Of a DNA stretch of 64,000 nt, positions 20,291-30,604 are shown in pieces (position 1 is the stretch's first letter; each line of letters opens with the position of its first letter). The notes under the pieces are model-generated. The model saw nothing but the letters and a program-made list of their open reading frames with translations. It ran no database searches and had not been told where the DNA came from. Source of the DNA: an uncultured bacterium. GTDB lineage: Bacteria > Krumholzibacteriota > Krumholzibacteriia > LZORAL124-64-63. Where the stretch lies: positions 64,001 through 128,000 of the forward strand of contig CAVSGO010000008.1 of the NCBI GenBank assembly GCA_963727525.1. Reading direction: 5' to 3'. A program made the translations under genes and the position numbers.

Positions 20291-20455
20291 TTGGGAGACA
20301 AGGTGAAGGTGCTCTGCAAGTGGAAACGCGACGACTATACCAGGGATTTCGAGCACCTGGTGAAGATCGTCGCGTCCCCGCATTACGTCTGCGAGAAGTG
20401 CGGACGCGTCGCCGACAAGAAGAAGTGGCTGTGCGAGCCTCGCCCGCTCGATTGA
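20291..20455 (+). CDS. 54-aa Cys/Lys-rich small protein (possible metal binder)
   Basis: Below the ORF-track cut-off. GGGAGG SD then TTG start; MGDKVKVLCKWKRDDYTRDFEHLVKIVASPHYVCEKCGRVADKKKWLCEPRPLD. Confidence 0.7.
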   Translation: MGDKVKVLCKWKRDDYTRDFEHLVKIVASPHYVCEKCGRVADKKKWLCEPRPLD

Positions 20456-20465
20456 GCCCGATGGC

Positions 20466-21230
20466 TCAGTGGTCGCTCGACGTCGTCTTGCCCATCAGGA
20501 ACGGCTTGATGAGATCAATCGGCAACGGGAAGATGGTGGTGCTGTTGTTCTCTGCGGCAATCTCTGTAAGCGCCTGCAAATAACGAAGTTGCATGGCTGA
20601 CGGATGCTCTTCGATGATGGCCGCGGCCTCACTCAGCCGCGTGGCGGCCTGGAATTCGCCGTCGGCATGGATCACCTTGGCCCGCCGCTCGCGCTCCGCT
20701 TCCGCCTGCTTGGCCATGGCGCGCTTCATTTCCATCGGCAGATCCACGTCCTTCATCTCCACCACCGACACCTTGATGCCCCAGGGGTCGGTCGCCTCGT
20801 CCAGGATGGTCTGTAGCGCCAGGTTGAGCTTCTCGCGCTGGGACAGCAGCTCGTCCAGCTCGGCCTGGCCCACGACGCTCCGCAGCGTGGTCTGAGATAG
20901 CTGGCTCGTGGCGAAGAGCGCATTCTCGATCTCGATGATCGACTTCTCCGGGTCCACCACGCGGAAGTAGACGACGGCATTCACCCGCACCGACACGTTG
21001 TCGCGCGTGATCACATCCTGGGGCGGCACGTCCATGGTCACCGTACGCAGGCTCACCTTCACCATGCGCTCGATGAACGGCACCAGGATGATCAGGCCGG
21101 GGCCCCGCGTGCCGACGAAGCGACCGAGGCGAAAGACCACCGCCCGCTCGTACTCGCGCAGCACGCGTAGCGAGTTGGACAGGACGAAGAGCACCAGGAT
21201 GATCAGAACGATGGGAGTCATGTACAGCAT
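20466..21230 (-). CDS. SPFH/band 7 (slipin, stomatin-like) protein
   Basis: [31 protein letters not shown] and [14 protein letters not shown]. Confidence 0.95.
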   Translation of the reverse strand: MLYMTPIVLIILVLFVLSNSLRVLREYERAVVFRLGRFVGTRGPGLIILVPFIERMVKVSLRTVTMDVPPQDVITRDNVSVRVNAVVYFRVVDPEKSIIEIENALFATSQLSQTTLRSVVGQAELDELLSQREKLNLALQTILDEATDPWGIKVSVVEMKDVDLPMEMKRAMAKQAEAERERRAKVIHADGEFQAATRLSEAAAIIEEHPSAMQLRYLQALTEIAAENNSTTIFPLPIDLIKPFLMGKTTSSDH

Positions 21231-21266
21231 GCCATCTCCTTGACGATGTGACGGACAGCCGCCAGG

Positions 21267-22580
21267 TCAGGACTCGAGACTGGCGACGGGGCGCACCTGC
21301 GCCACCCGTCCCTTGAGGGCGATCACCTCGATCCGCTGGCCCTCGGCCAGCTCCTGCTCCGCCACGGCGTCCCAGACCTCGCCGTGATAGATCACCTTCC
21401 CGGTCTCGTGGCCGCCGGGAATGCGCCGCACCACGCGTCCCCGTTCGCCGATCAGCGCGGATCGTCCGGACACCGGGGGGCGGCGCCGGCTGCGCACCAC
21501 CAGCGCCACGCATAGCAGGAAGAATCCGGCGAATACCGCCACGCCCGGCACGAGGACGGCCACCTTGAGCCGCGCCCACGGTTCGCCCGAGTTGAACGCC
21601 AGGAGCGAGCCCAGCGTGATGGCGGCGAGGCCGCCGATCGTCAGACCGCCGTAGCTATGCACCTTCACCTCCAGCACGAGCATGATCACGCCCAGCAGGA
21701 TCAGGCCGATGCCCGCGTAGTTGATCGGCAATGCCTGGAACGCGAAGAGCGCGAGCAGCAGGCAGATGCCGCCCAGGATGCCGGGCACCAGCGCGCCGGG
21801 ATTGCTCAGCTCGAAGAACAGGCCGTAGATCCCCAGCAGCATGAGGATGTAGGCCAGGTTGGGATCGGCGAGACGCTTGAGCAGTCGCTGCCGCCAGCTC
21901 AGCGCGTCGTGCACGATGGGCGCGTCGACGACGTCGAGGATGACGGTGGCGTCGCCAAGGTGCACCGTGCGTCCTTGCAGGCTGTCCAGCAACGCCGGCA
22001 GCGTGGGGACGAGCAGGTCCACCACGCCCCGCTCGCGCGCCTCGATCGCCGTGACGTTGGCCGCCGTGGCCACGAAGGAACGCGCCAGCTCCACGTTGCG
22101 CCCGCGCTGGGCGGCGATGGCGTCGATGTAGGCGACAGCGTCGTTGGCCACCTTGTGGGCCATCGTCGAGTCGGGCGTGCCGCCGCCGAGCTGCACGGGA
22201 CTCGCCGAGCCGATGTTCGTGCCCGGTGCCATGGCCGCCACGTGGGCGGCCAGCGTGATGAATGCCCCGGCGCTCGCCGCGCGGCTGCCCGACGGCGCCA
22301 CGTACACCACCACCGGCACCGTGGCCGCCAGCTCGGCCTTCACGATCTCGCGCATGGCCGTGTCGAGGCCGCCCGGCGTGTCGAGCTGGATGATCACGGC
22401 CGCAGCGCCCGCCGCCTCGGCCCGCGCGATCCCGCCCACGAGGTACTCCGATGCCGCCGGGGTGATGGCGCCGTCGTAGGTGAGTACGTGCACCGGCGCG
22501 CCCAGCGCCAGGGAGGGGACGAGGGCCATCAAGCCGGTGAGGATGGCCAGAAGCAACCGCCGGAATAGGCTGCAGGGCAT
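21267..22580 (-). CDS. nfeD: NfeD (ClpP-like domain, TM region, OB fold)
   Basis: LDTPGG, RAASAG, MAPGTNIGSA, C-terminal GEVWDA; adjacent to slipin. Confidence 0.93.
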   Translation of the reverse strand: MPCSLFRRLLLAILTGLMALVPSLALGAPVHVLTYDGAITPAASEYLVGGIARAEAAGAAAVIIQLDTPGGLDTAMREIVKAELAATVPVVVYVAPSGSRAASAGAFITLAAHVAAMAPGTNIGSASPVQLGGGTPDSTMAHKVANDAVAYIDAIAAQRGRNVELARSFVATAANVTAIEARERGVVDLLVPTLPALLDSLQGRTVHLGDATVILDVVDAPIVHDALSWRQRLLKRLADPNLAYILMLLGIYGLFFELSNPGALVPGILGGICLLLALFAFQALPINYAGIGLILLGVIMLVLEVKVHSYGGLTIGGLAAITLGSLLAFNSGEPWARLKVAVLVPGVAVFAGFFLLCVALVVRSRRRPPVSGRSALIGERGRVVRRIPGGHETGKVIYHGEVWDAVAEQELAEGQRIEVIALKGRVAQVRPVASLES

Positions 22581-22719
22581 GGCGGGTCCTTCCCGGTCCG
22601 GGAGTGGGGGGTGCCGGCACAACATAGCGCAAGATGGAGGTCACGGGAATGGACGAATGCTTTCAACTGCCGACCCGCGAGCGATTTGCCGCCCGGCGAG
22701 AAGCGCGTTCCTTGTGGGG

Positions 22720-23562
22720 ATGCGAAACCGACGCGCCTCGATCCTCATCGTCATCGCCAGCACGCTGGCCGTGTTCGCGCGGGCTGATGACGTCACACCT
22801 CCCAGGGTGGACGTGCAGCTCGTGGCCGCGACCACGGCCGTCGCTGCCGGCGACAGCGTGCAGCTCGGCGTCGTGCTCACGGCGCCGCCCGGCTGGCATC
22901 TCTACTGGGACGGCCTGAACGACACGGGCTTCCCGCCGAGCGCGCGCTGGCAGGTGCCCGACGGTGCCCGCGTCACACCGCTCCTGTTGCCCGTGCCCGT
23001 GCGGCAGATCTCGCCGGGCGATATCCTCGACCACGTGCTCGAGGGCGAGACCGTCGCGCTCGCCACGCTCGTGTTGCCGCCAGGCCTGGCGGGGCCCACC
23101 GTCGCCGTGAGTTGCCACGTCGAGTGGCTCGTGTGCCGCGACATGTGCGTGCCGGGGCGGCGCGACCTCACCCTGACCCTGCCCGTCGTGACTGCGGGCG
23201 TCTCGCGGCCGGAGAGCGCCGACGCCCCACGCCTGGCCGCCGCGCGCCGCGCCTTGCCGCGGCCGTTGCCGCCGGATGGCCCGGTGCGCGTCGACCGCGC
23301 CGACGCGGTGGTCACGATCTCCGCACCTGGATCCGCCCGGCTCGAATTCTTCCCTGCCGCCGACAGCGCGCGCCCGCGCGACCTGCTGCGCGACGGCGTG
23401 AGCGCCGGCGATCGCCTGCGACTATCTCTGCGTCCCACCGACTCCGCCCGACCGCTGCGCGGCGTACTCGTCGTACATCGCGGCGACGGCGCGACCGCCA
23501 CGTGGCGGCTGGACATATCCGGGTCGCCTGCCGACCCGCAACCTGCGAAGGAGACACCATGA
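22720..23562 (+). CDS. DsbD N-terminal-like domain protein
   Basis: Signal peptide; PGWHLYW...DTGFPP and WLVCRDMCVPG. Confidence 0.8.
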   Translation: MRNRRASILIVIASTLAVFARADDVTPPRVDVQLVAATTAVAAGDSVQLGVVLTAPPGWHLYWDGLNDTGFPPSARWQVPDGARVTPLLLPVPVRQISPGDILDHVLEGETVALATLVLPPGLAGPTVAVSCHVEWLVCRDMCVPGRRDLTLTLPVVTAGVSRPESADAPRLAAARRALPRPLPPDGPVRVDRADAVVTISAPGSARLEFFPAADSARPRDLLRDGVSAGDRLRLSLRPTDSARPLRGVLVVHRGDGATATWRLDISGSPADPQPAKETP

Positions 23563-24188
23563 TCCGCATCACGCGCCGCGCGTCGACCGTTGCCGCCTGC
23601 GCCGTCGTCGCGCTCGGCGTGCTCATCGCCCCGGTCGTGGCCCACGCCGCGGCGGCCGTGGGGGAGAAGGCACCCGATTTCACGCTCACCGACACCGACG
23701 GCAACACGCACGCCCTGAAGGACTACGTCGACGCCGGCAAGATCGTCGTGCTCGAGTGGTTCAATCCCGACTGCCCCTTCATCAAGAAGCACCACGAGAC
23801 GTTTCACACGATGATCGACCTCGAGAAGAAGTACCGCGACGACGGCGTGGTGTGGTTCGCCATCAACTCCGGCGCGCCCGGCAAGCAGGGGCATGGTCTG
23901 GAGCGTAACCGCGCGGCGCGCGAGATCTACCACATGAGCTATCCGATCCTGCTCGACGAGTCGGGCGATGTCGGGAAGTCGTACGGCGCCAAGACCACGC
24001 CGCACATGTTCGTGATCAATCGCGACGGCACGCTCGTCTACGCCGGGGCGATCGACAACGATCGCAGCGCCGGCACGCTGGGCAAGACCAACTATGTCGA
24101 CGACGCTCTCACCGCTCTCCTCGCCGGCCGGCAGGTCGCCGTCGCGGAGACCGGATCCTACGGCTGTGGCGTGAAGTACGCGGACTGA
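23559..24188 (+). CDS. Exported redoxin (AhpC/TSA, thioredoxin family)
   Basis: APDFTL, VLEWFNPDCPF, YGAKTTPHMF, YAGAID and YGCGVKY; ATGA overlap with the upstream gene. Confidence 0.9.
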   Translation: MIRITRRASTVAACAVVALGVLIAPVVAHAAAAVGEKAPDFTLTDTDGNTHALKDYVDAGKIVVLEWFNPDCPFIKKHHETFHTMIDLEKKYRDDGVVWFAINSGAPGKQGHGLERNRAAREIYHMSYPILLDESGDVGKSYGAKTTPHMFVINRDGTLVYAGAIDNDRSAGTLGKTNYVDDALTALLAGRQVAVAETGSYGCGVKYAD

Positions 24189-24217
24189 CCCGGACGCCGA
24201 CCATGGGAATGAAAATC

Positions 24218-24246
24218 GGGCGCCGGTTCGTGATGAACCGGCGCCC
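24218..24246. terminator. Hairpin between convergent genes
   Basis: GGGCGCCGGTTC-gtgat-GAACCGGCGCCC is a 12-bp stem. Confidence 0.65.
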
Positions 24247-24448
24247 ATATCGTCTGGTCATATTCTGCGTTTGACCATATTTCCTGGCATCTTCTTCCGT
24301 GCCAGCCCCGACCCTGGAAGTTCTTCTGCGATGCACCGTCTAGAACGGTACGAAACCAGCGCACGAGAGCATTCTCACGCATCCGTGATCGCCGTGTCAA
24401 TTCGCAGCTTCTGTAGCCGCAATAAGGTAGAAGCGCAGATGCGGGGGC

Positions 24449-25009
24449 TCAGCGCCAGCGCGCCTTGACCGCGCCCCAGGCGGTGGCGGCCACGGGAACG
24501 ACGCAGGGGTGCAGGTTGTCGCTGCTGCGCAGCTCGTAGCGGCCGAAGTCCATCGAATCGAACCAGGCCAGCATGATCACGTAGATCCGGTCGGGATCGA
24601 GCACGATCCCGTCCTCCGGGCCGAACCGCGCCATGGCGCCCGGGCCGTCGTCGTCGTCGTACGCGATGGCCCCCTCGCGGGGGTCGACGGGGTCGAAACT
24701 GTCGCAGTAGAGATACAGCACCGGGTCGTACTCGGTGGCCGGCAACGTGGTCTCCAGCGTGATGGGCTGGCGGTCGGTCGCCTGGACGCAGAAAAGGGCA
24801 TAGGGCGACGGCCACTCGAGCTCGGCGCCGTCCAGGGGCAGAGCGCAGTCGAGGTTCACGCTGTCGGGGTCGGCCGGCGTCCAGCGTACCCACGTGGGGC
24901 TGGCGGGATTGAAGGCGCCGGCGACGGTGAAGGCGTGGGCGGCCGCGCTCCCGATCAGGAGCGCGGAGATCAGGACCATTGGCCCGAGAACGACTCGCAT
25001 TGCGGTCAT
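24449..25009 (-). CDS. Secreted protein (PPC-like domain) with a C-terminal WGAVKARWR tail
   Basis: ATGA overlap with the upstream gene; signal peptide ending AAAHA; DPVLYLY...IAYDDDDG. Confidence 0.75.
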   Translation of the reverse strand: MTAMRVVLGPMVLISALLIGSAAAHAFTVAGAFNPASPTWVRWTPADPDSVNLDCALPLDGAELEWPSPYALFCVQATDRQPITLETTLPATEYDPVLYLYCDSFDPVDPREGAIAYDDDDGPGAMARFGPEDGIVLDPDRIYVIMLAWFDSMDFGRYELRSSDNLHPCVVPVAATAWGAVKARWR

Positions 25010-25947
25010 TCGCTTTCCGGGAGATCGGTGGTGGCTATGCGCTGCAGGACCGCAGCCATCGTGCCAGCTGGCGTGCTCACCTCCACCCGCACGGGAAGAC
25101 GCGCGGGATCGTCCGTGACGACGAGACGCAGCTCGCGGCCGGCGCGTCCGGGCGCGAGGCCATCGAGCCAGGCGTCCACCACGAGGCACGCGCGGGGGCC
25201 GAGAGGTGTCTCGGCGTGGACACGGTTGGCGACCGTCAGGTGCAGGGTATGCGCGCCGCCGCTGATCATGACCGGCAGGGCGCAGGTGTCGGCCACGGCG
25301 AGGGCGAGGCACCGGACCCGGTACCACGCCGCGAGGATATCGTGGCAGCCGGACACGACCCTGCCGCACCGCCCGCTGGTGTACGTGATGACGCCGCGCG
25401 CGTGGTCGATGTCGGCCTCGAGTCGCTCGCGGTAGGCACCTTCCTGCACACGCGTCTCCAGGTGGAGACAGCGCAGATCGGTGGTGTCGGCCACGCTCTC
25501 GAGATGATCGCGCACGCGGTAGATCATCGACATCGCCCGCCCCGTGGCGATGGACAGCGACAGGCGCCAGCACGCCCGGTCGGCGAAGGCGACCGGCCCC
25601 TCGGCGCGCAGCACGGCCGTGCCTGCCGAGATCGGGCCGAAGCGCAACGAGTACTGCAGCTCCTCGCCGCGCGGCCACGGACGCCGGGGCAGCACTGCCG
25701 AGGGCTGCCCGCAGGCGGCGACGGCCAGGCCAACGAAGGCCAGGTCAACGAAGGCCAGGCCGACGAGTGCGAGCACGACGAGCCGACGCGCCGCGGGTGT
25801 CGCCGCGCGTTGACGGCTGTCAGGGCACTGTCCACGCAGGTTGACAGTCTGCGCCGGTAATCCGACTATCGGGATCGGGATTTTCGTAAGTGACGATTTT
25901 TCAGTATGCTCCGGCTGTGGCGGCTTGCTCCGCAACGGTCTGGTCAT
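25006..25947 (-). CDS. DUF3108-like protein (start uncertain)
   Basis: GEELQYSLRFGPISAGTA, YRVRD and TDDPARLPVR; N-terminal hydrophobic segment. Confidence 0.7.
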   Translation of the reverse strand: MTRPLRSKPPQPEHTEKSSLTKIPIPIVGLPAQTVNLRGQCPDSRQRAATPAARRLVVLALVGLAFVDLAFVGLAVAACGQPSAVLPRRPWPRGEELQYSLRFGPISAGTAVLRAEGPVAFADRACWRLSLSIATGRAMSMIYRVRDHLESVADTTDLRCLHLETRVQEGAYRERLEADIDHARGVITYTSGRCGRVVSGCHDILAAWYRVRCLALAVADTCALPVMISGGAHTLHLTVANRVHAETPLGPRACLVVDAWLDGLAPGRAGRELRLVVTDDPARLPVRVEVSTPAGTMAAVLQRIATTDLPESE

Positions 25948-26061
25948 TACGTTTGTCTCCGGATTCGAGATAGGGAAGACGCGCGCATAGCAGGGACACT
26001 AGCCACATCCGTGCCGCCCGTCCCCGCCCGCACTCGCGGGCGATGTGCGCGAACAAGGAGC

Positions 26062-26808
26062 ATGGCGATGCTGGACCGACGAGCGTTCCTCCAGAACGTG
26101 GGCGTGGGTGTCGCTGCCTTCGGACTCGGGCTCGGGCTGGGCCGCAGCCACCTCCACGACATTCCTGCCACCCGCACCGTGCTGCATGCGTTCCTGCCGG
26201 CGCGCGAGGAGGCGATCGCCGACGCAGTGCGCGCCTTCCTGGCCGCCGCGCCCGCGGCGCTGCCGGTGCCGGCGCTCGACGTGTCGCCGCGCTGGCGCGC
26301 CGCCGTGGCCACCGGCCTCGGCGATCGCGTCGCCGACATGCGCCGCGGCGATCCGCGCGCGCTCAACCTGCAAATCGCCGATCTTGCGCAGCCGATTCCC
26401 GCCGACCTGCTCGTGCAGATCGGCGGACGCGTGCTCGATCCCGGTTCGCAGTTCAGCGCCGATCTGCTCGCGTTGCGCCGACGTTACCATGCGCAGGAAG
26501 CCACGCTCGTCTTCACCGCTTGCCTCGACGTCCGCGACGATCCGCGCGGCGCCGACCGCGTGCTCGTGGTGGAAACGGAGCGGGGATTGCAGGATCGTAT
26601 CGTATTGACCGGTGCCCCGCGGCAGCTCGTGCTCCACGGCCCGGCCGGGCGCACCGTGGTCGCGTTCGCTGCCGACGGCGCTCGCGTGACGGAGACCTGC
26701 TGCCGACACCGCACCTGCCAGCTCCAGGGCACGGTGCGTGCGGCGGGCGACCTCATCGCGTGCGCACCGAACCGCATCATCCTTCGCGTGGAATCGGCGT
26801 CGGCATGA
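26062..26808 (+). CDS. NusG domain II protein with a Tat-like signal
   Basis: AAGGAG SD; DRRAFL; C-terminal TCCRHRTCQLQG...IACAPNRI. Confidence 0.75.
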   Translation: MAMLDRRAFLQNVGVGVAAFGLGLGLGRSHLHDIPATRTVLHAFLPAREEAIADAVRAFLAAAPAALPVPALDVSPRWRAAVATGLGDRVADMRRGDPRALNLQIADLAQPIPADLLVQIGGRVLDPGSQFSADLLALRRRYHAQEATLVFTACLDVRDDPRGADRVLVVETERGLQDRIVLTGAPRQLVLHGPAGRTVVAFAADGARVTETCCRHRTCQLQGTVRAAGDLIACAPNRIILRVESASA

Positions 26809-27818
26809 GCGCGCGCCATGGCTCGCGATTCGGTCCGCCGTGGATGCCTCTGGTGGTGCTCGTGACGGCGATCGCGGGGGGTTGGGGTGTCGGCCGCCTG
26901 TTCGCGCCCACCCACCTGGGCGACCCCGCGCCGCTGGTGGCGATGCGCCCCCTCATGGGCACGGTCGTGGAGATCCAGTGCCGCCGGGACACCGGCACGG
27001 ATGCCGAGACGGCGCGGATCGACGCGGCGATCGCCGCCGCCTTTGGCGAGATGGCGCGGGTCGACTCGCTCTTCTCCACCCATCTGCCTCGGCCCACCCT
27101 GCGGGCGCCATCCGCTCGTCGCCGCGAGACGCTCGCGCTGCTGGACGAGGGGCTCGCCGTGATGCGGCTGACCGACGGCGCTCTCGATCCCCGCCTGCGC
27201 CCGTTGCTGACACTGTGGGGTTTCGAATCGGACGCGCCATCGCGACCGGCAGAACAGGACGTGGCGGCCGAGACCGCGCGACTGCGCGCCGCTGGCTGGC
27301 CGCACGACGCGGAAACGCTGCTTGCCGATCCGCAGATCTTGCACTTCGGCGCCTGGGCCAAGGGCTACGCCGTCGATCGTGCGATCGCGGTGCTGCGCGA
27401 CCACGGCGTCGACGAGGCGCTCGTGAACGCGGGGGGCGAGATCCGCACCCTCGGCGACGGCTGGACCGTGGGCGTGCAGCATCCTCGCCTGCGCGGCGCC
27501 GTGCTCGCGCGCGTGACACCCGGGGCGATGGCGGTGGCCACGTCGGGCGACTACGAGCAGGAGTTCACGCAGGAAGGCGTGCGCTACCACCATTTGCTCG
27601 ATCCGCACACGGGCGCCCCGGCGCGCGGCTGCCAGAGCGTCACCGTGCTGGCACCCACATGTATGCGCGCCGACGCGCTCGCGACAGGCATCTTCGTGCT
27701 CGGGCCTGAGCGTGGTCTCGCTCTGATCGATAGCCTCGACGAGACCGCCTGCCTCATCATCGACGCCGCGGGTCGGCGCCACGAGAGTGCCCGCCTCCGT
27801 GCGTACCTGGTCGATTGA
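26805..27818 (+). CDS. apbE: FAD:protein FMN transferase
   Basis: LMGT, GAWAKGYAVD, VNAGGE, AVATSGDY, HHLLDP and ADALAT. Confidence 0.93.
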   Translation: MSARHGSRFGPPWMPLVVLVTAIAGGWGVGRLFAPTHLGDPAPLVAMRPLMGTVVEIQCRRDTGTDAETARIDAAIAAAFGEMARVDSLFSTHLPRPTLRAPSARRRETLALLDEGLAVMRLTDGALDPRLRPLLTLWGFESDAPSRPAEQDVAAETARLRAAGWPHDAETLLADPQILHFGAWAKGYAVDRAIAVLRDHGVDEALVNAGGEIRTLGDGWTVGVQHPRLRGAVLARVTPGAMAVATSGDYEQEFTQEGVRYHHLLDPHTGAPARGCQSVTVLAPTCMRADALATGIFVLGPERGLALIDSLDETACLIIDAAGRRHESARLRAYLVD

Positions 27819-27824
27819 TCGGTA

Positions 27825-29099
27825 TCAGTGGTGCGACTGCGTGGCGCGCGCGCGCCCGTCGATGAGCGTGCGCACCATCTGCGCGAGCTGGCGGGGGGCG
27901 AAGGGGCGAACCAGGAATCCCACGACCTCGGGGTCGTGATCCGGCCAGGTGGGCGCCGACACCGGCGAGAGGATCAGCAGACGCTGCTCCGGGTCGAGCC
28001 GGCGAGCCTCGTCGGTGAGCTGCTGGCCGCCCAGCCCAGGCTGCACCAGTTCGCAGATCACGATGTCGAATCGCGTGCGTCGTTCGCGCAGCAGCGTGAG
28101 CACCTCCCAGCTACTGCGCACCACCATGAGCCGGTAGCCGAGCTGCATCAACGTGTTCGACACCAGCCCGCGCAGGCCGGGATCGTCTTCGAGCAGCAGC
28201 ACCGATTCGTCGTCGCGCGCCACGGGGAGCGTGTCCTGCCGCGGCATCTCGTGGCCCACGAGAGCGGGCCACACCAGAGCGATCTCGGTGCCGCCTCCGG
28301 GAACCACGCGCGCATGCACGGTGCCGCCGGCAAGCCGAGTCAGGCTCCACACCTGCGCGAGATCGAGGTGCACCTCGTGCGGAGGCGATGTCTTCGTGAA
28401 ATCGGGTTCGAAGAGCCGCTCGAGCGCGGCGTCATCGAGCGCCATGCCGTTGTCCGACACGGCGATCTCCACGTAGCGGCCGATCGCCTGGCGCGGGAGC
28501 GTATCCGGCGTGACGACGACCGTCCGTACCGAGATCGTCACCCGTCCCGCCTCCGCGGGCTCGGGGTGCGACGCGATGGCCCGGCCTGCCCGGGCGACGA
28601 GAGCGAGGAGGCACATCTCGAGTTGCCCGGCGTCGGCCTTGATCGCCGGGAGATTCTCGATGCGCTCGAGAACCAGATCGGTCTCGGGGGCCAGGCTCGC
28701 CCGCAGGCTCGGCAGAACCTGGGTGAGGAAACCGGTCACGTCGATCGCTTGCGGCTCGGCGTGGTTCGGATGCCCCGCGCCGAGCATCCTCTGTACGAGC
28801 GCCGCGGCACGGCCGCCCGCCCGCCCGATCGCCTCGAGGTCCGCCTGCACGTCGCGCGACAGATCGGGGCACTCGCGCGCGAGTTGTGTGTGTCCGTTGA
28901 TCGCAGTGAGCAGGTTGTTGAACTCGTGCGCCATGCCCGCACTGAACGTGCCGATGGCATCCATCCGCGCTTCCTGGAGATGCTCCAGGCCGCCGGCCGG
29001 GGACGCCATGGGGCTCGTCCCGCGCCGCCGACCCAGCCAGAAACCGGCCCCGCCCCCCAGGAGGATCCCCAGTACACTCAGAAATGTGCCCGACACCAT
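27825..29099 (-). CDS. Hybrid histidine-kinase-like protein with degenerate HATPase and receiver domains
   Basis: N-terminal TM; H-box AGMAHEFNNLL; SDNG and LFEP remnants; C-terminal receiver-like LLLEDD...RPF. Confidence 0.8.
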   Translation of the reverse strand: MVSGTFLSVLGILLGGGAGFWLGRRRGTSPMASPAGGLEHLQEARMDAIGTFSAGMAHEFNNLLTAINGHTQLARECPDLSRDVQADLEAIGRAGGRAAALVQRMLGAGHPNHAEPQAIDVTGFLTQVLPSLRASLAPETDLVLERIENLPAIKADAGQLEMCLLALVARAGRAIASHPEPAEAGRVTISVRTVVVTPDTLPRQAIGRYVEIAVSDNGMALDDAALERLFEPDFTKTSPPHEVHLDLAQVWSLTRLAGGTVHARVVPGGGTEIALVWPALVGHEMPRQDTLPVARDDESVLLLEDDPGLRGLVSNTLMQLGYRLMVVRSSWEVLTLLRERRTRFDIVICELVQPGLGGQQLTDEARRLDPEQRLLILSPVSAPTWPDHDPEVVGFLVRPFAPRQLAQMVRTLIDGRARATQSHH

Positions 29100-29310
29100 A
29101 TGCACGGCCAATTTCACCTTTAATAAGTATTTCAGTAAAAATGTTAAGCGGTGGTGGCGCTACTGCAACAGGAAAATCTGTAAACGATAAGAATCATCAC
29201 GAATCGTCGCATTCCGGCCCCGTCAAAAACCCCGTGGCCCCGGCCCGGCCGAGGTACTAGGTTTCGACCACACAAGCCCGTCCAGCACCGCACGGAAAGG
29301 ACCCGAACCC

Positions 29311-30539
29311 ATGGCCGACACGATCCGCCCCCACGGCAGCGACACCCTGCTGCCCCTCCTCCTGCAGGGCGACGCCCGCAAGCAGGAACTCGCCCGCGCC
29401 GAGCAGATGCCCCAGTGGACCATGTCCAGCCGCGAAACCGGCGACGTCATCATGCTTGGCATCGGCGGCTTCACCCCCCTGAAGGGCTTCATGAACGCCA
29501 CCGACTGGCAAGGCGTCTGCGCCGACATGCGCACCGAGAGCGGCATCTTCTGGCCCATCCCCGTCACCCTCAGCGTGACCGAGGAATTCGCGAAGAGCCT
29601 CAAGCCCGGCGCCGAGATCGCCCTCCGCAGCGCCGACACCAACGAGATCATGGCCACCATGAAGGTGGAAGAAACCTACAACATCGACCCCGACCACGAA
29701 TGCCAGCACGTCTTCAAGACCACCGACAACAACCATCCGGGCGTGAAGATGGTGAAGGAACAACCCCCGGTAAACGTGGCCGGCCCCCTGAAGGTCCTGA
29801 GCGAGAGCTACTTCCCCACCGAGTTCGCAGGTCTGTACATGCGCCCCGCCGAGAGCCGCAAGATCTTCGCCGAGAGAGGCTGGCAGACGCATCGCCGCCC
29901 TCCAGCTGAGAAACCCGATGCACCGCAGCCACGAATACCTGGCCAAGATCGCCCTGGAGGTGAGCGATGGCCTGTTCATCCACCAGCTAGTCGGCAAACT
30001 GAAGCCCGGCGACATCCCCGCCGACGTGAGAGTGAAGTGCATCGACACCTTGGTAGAGAACTACTTCATCAAGGACAGCGTCCTCTGCGGCGGCTACCCC
30101 CTGGACATGCGCTACGCCGGCCCGAGGGAAGGCCTCCTCCACGGCCTCTTCCGCCAAAACTTCGGCTGCACCCACATGATCATCGGCCGAGACCACGCCG
30201 GCGTAGGCGACTACTACGGCCCCTTCGACGCCCAGAAAATCTGGACACGAGATCCCGACCGGCAGCCTGGAAATCCAGATGCTCCCCATCGACTGGACCT
30301 TCTGGTGCTACAAATGCGGCGGCATGGTCAGCATGAAGACGTGTCCGCATGGCAAGGAAGACCGGTTGTTCCTGAGCGGCACCGCGCTGCGGAAGGGACT
30401 GAGCGAGGGCGGGGATATCCCGACCGAGTTCTCGCGGCCGGAGGTGCTGGAGATCCTGAAGGAGTACTACGCCGGCATCGACGAGAAGGACAACGTCAAG
30501 GTCGAGCTGCATAAGCATGCAAAGGGCGAGACGAAGTAA
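29311..30539 (+). CDS. sat: Sulfate adenylyltransferase with two +1 frameshifts (about 29890 and 30245)
   Basis: Joined frames give [46 protein letters not shown]...CPH, SGT and FSRPEV. Confidence 0.92.
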
Positions 30540-30574
30540 GACAATTCTACACCTTCAAGGAAAACCGACCTAAC

Positions 30575-30604
30575 AACCCGCCACCCAACGGTGGCGGGTT
30601 TTCC
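30575..30604 (+). terminator. Rho-independent terminator after sat
   Basis: AACCCGCCACC-caac-GGTGGCGGGTT followed by a pyrimidine run. Confidence 0.75.

Noticed and set aside
29880-30260. Programmed frameshifting or pseudogenisation of sat
   Set aside because: There is no slippery sequence, all catalytic motifs are intact, and the same +1 pattern recurs in unrelated genes.
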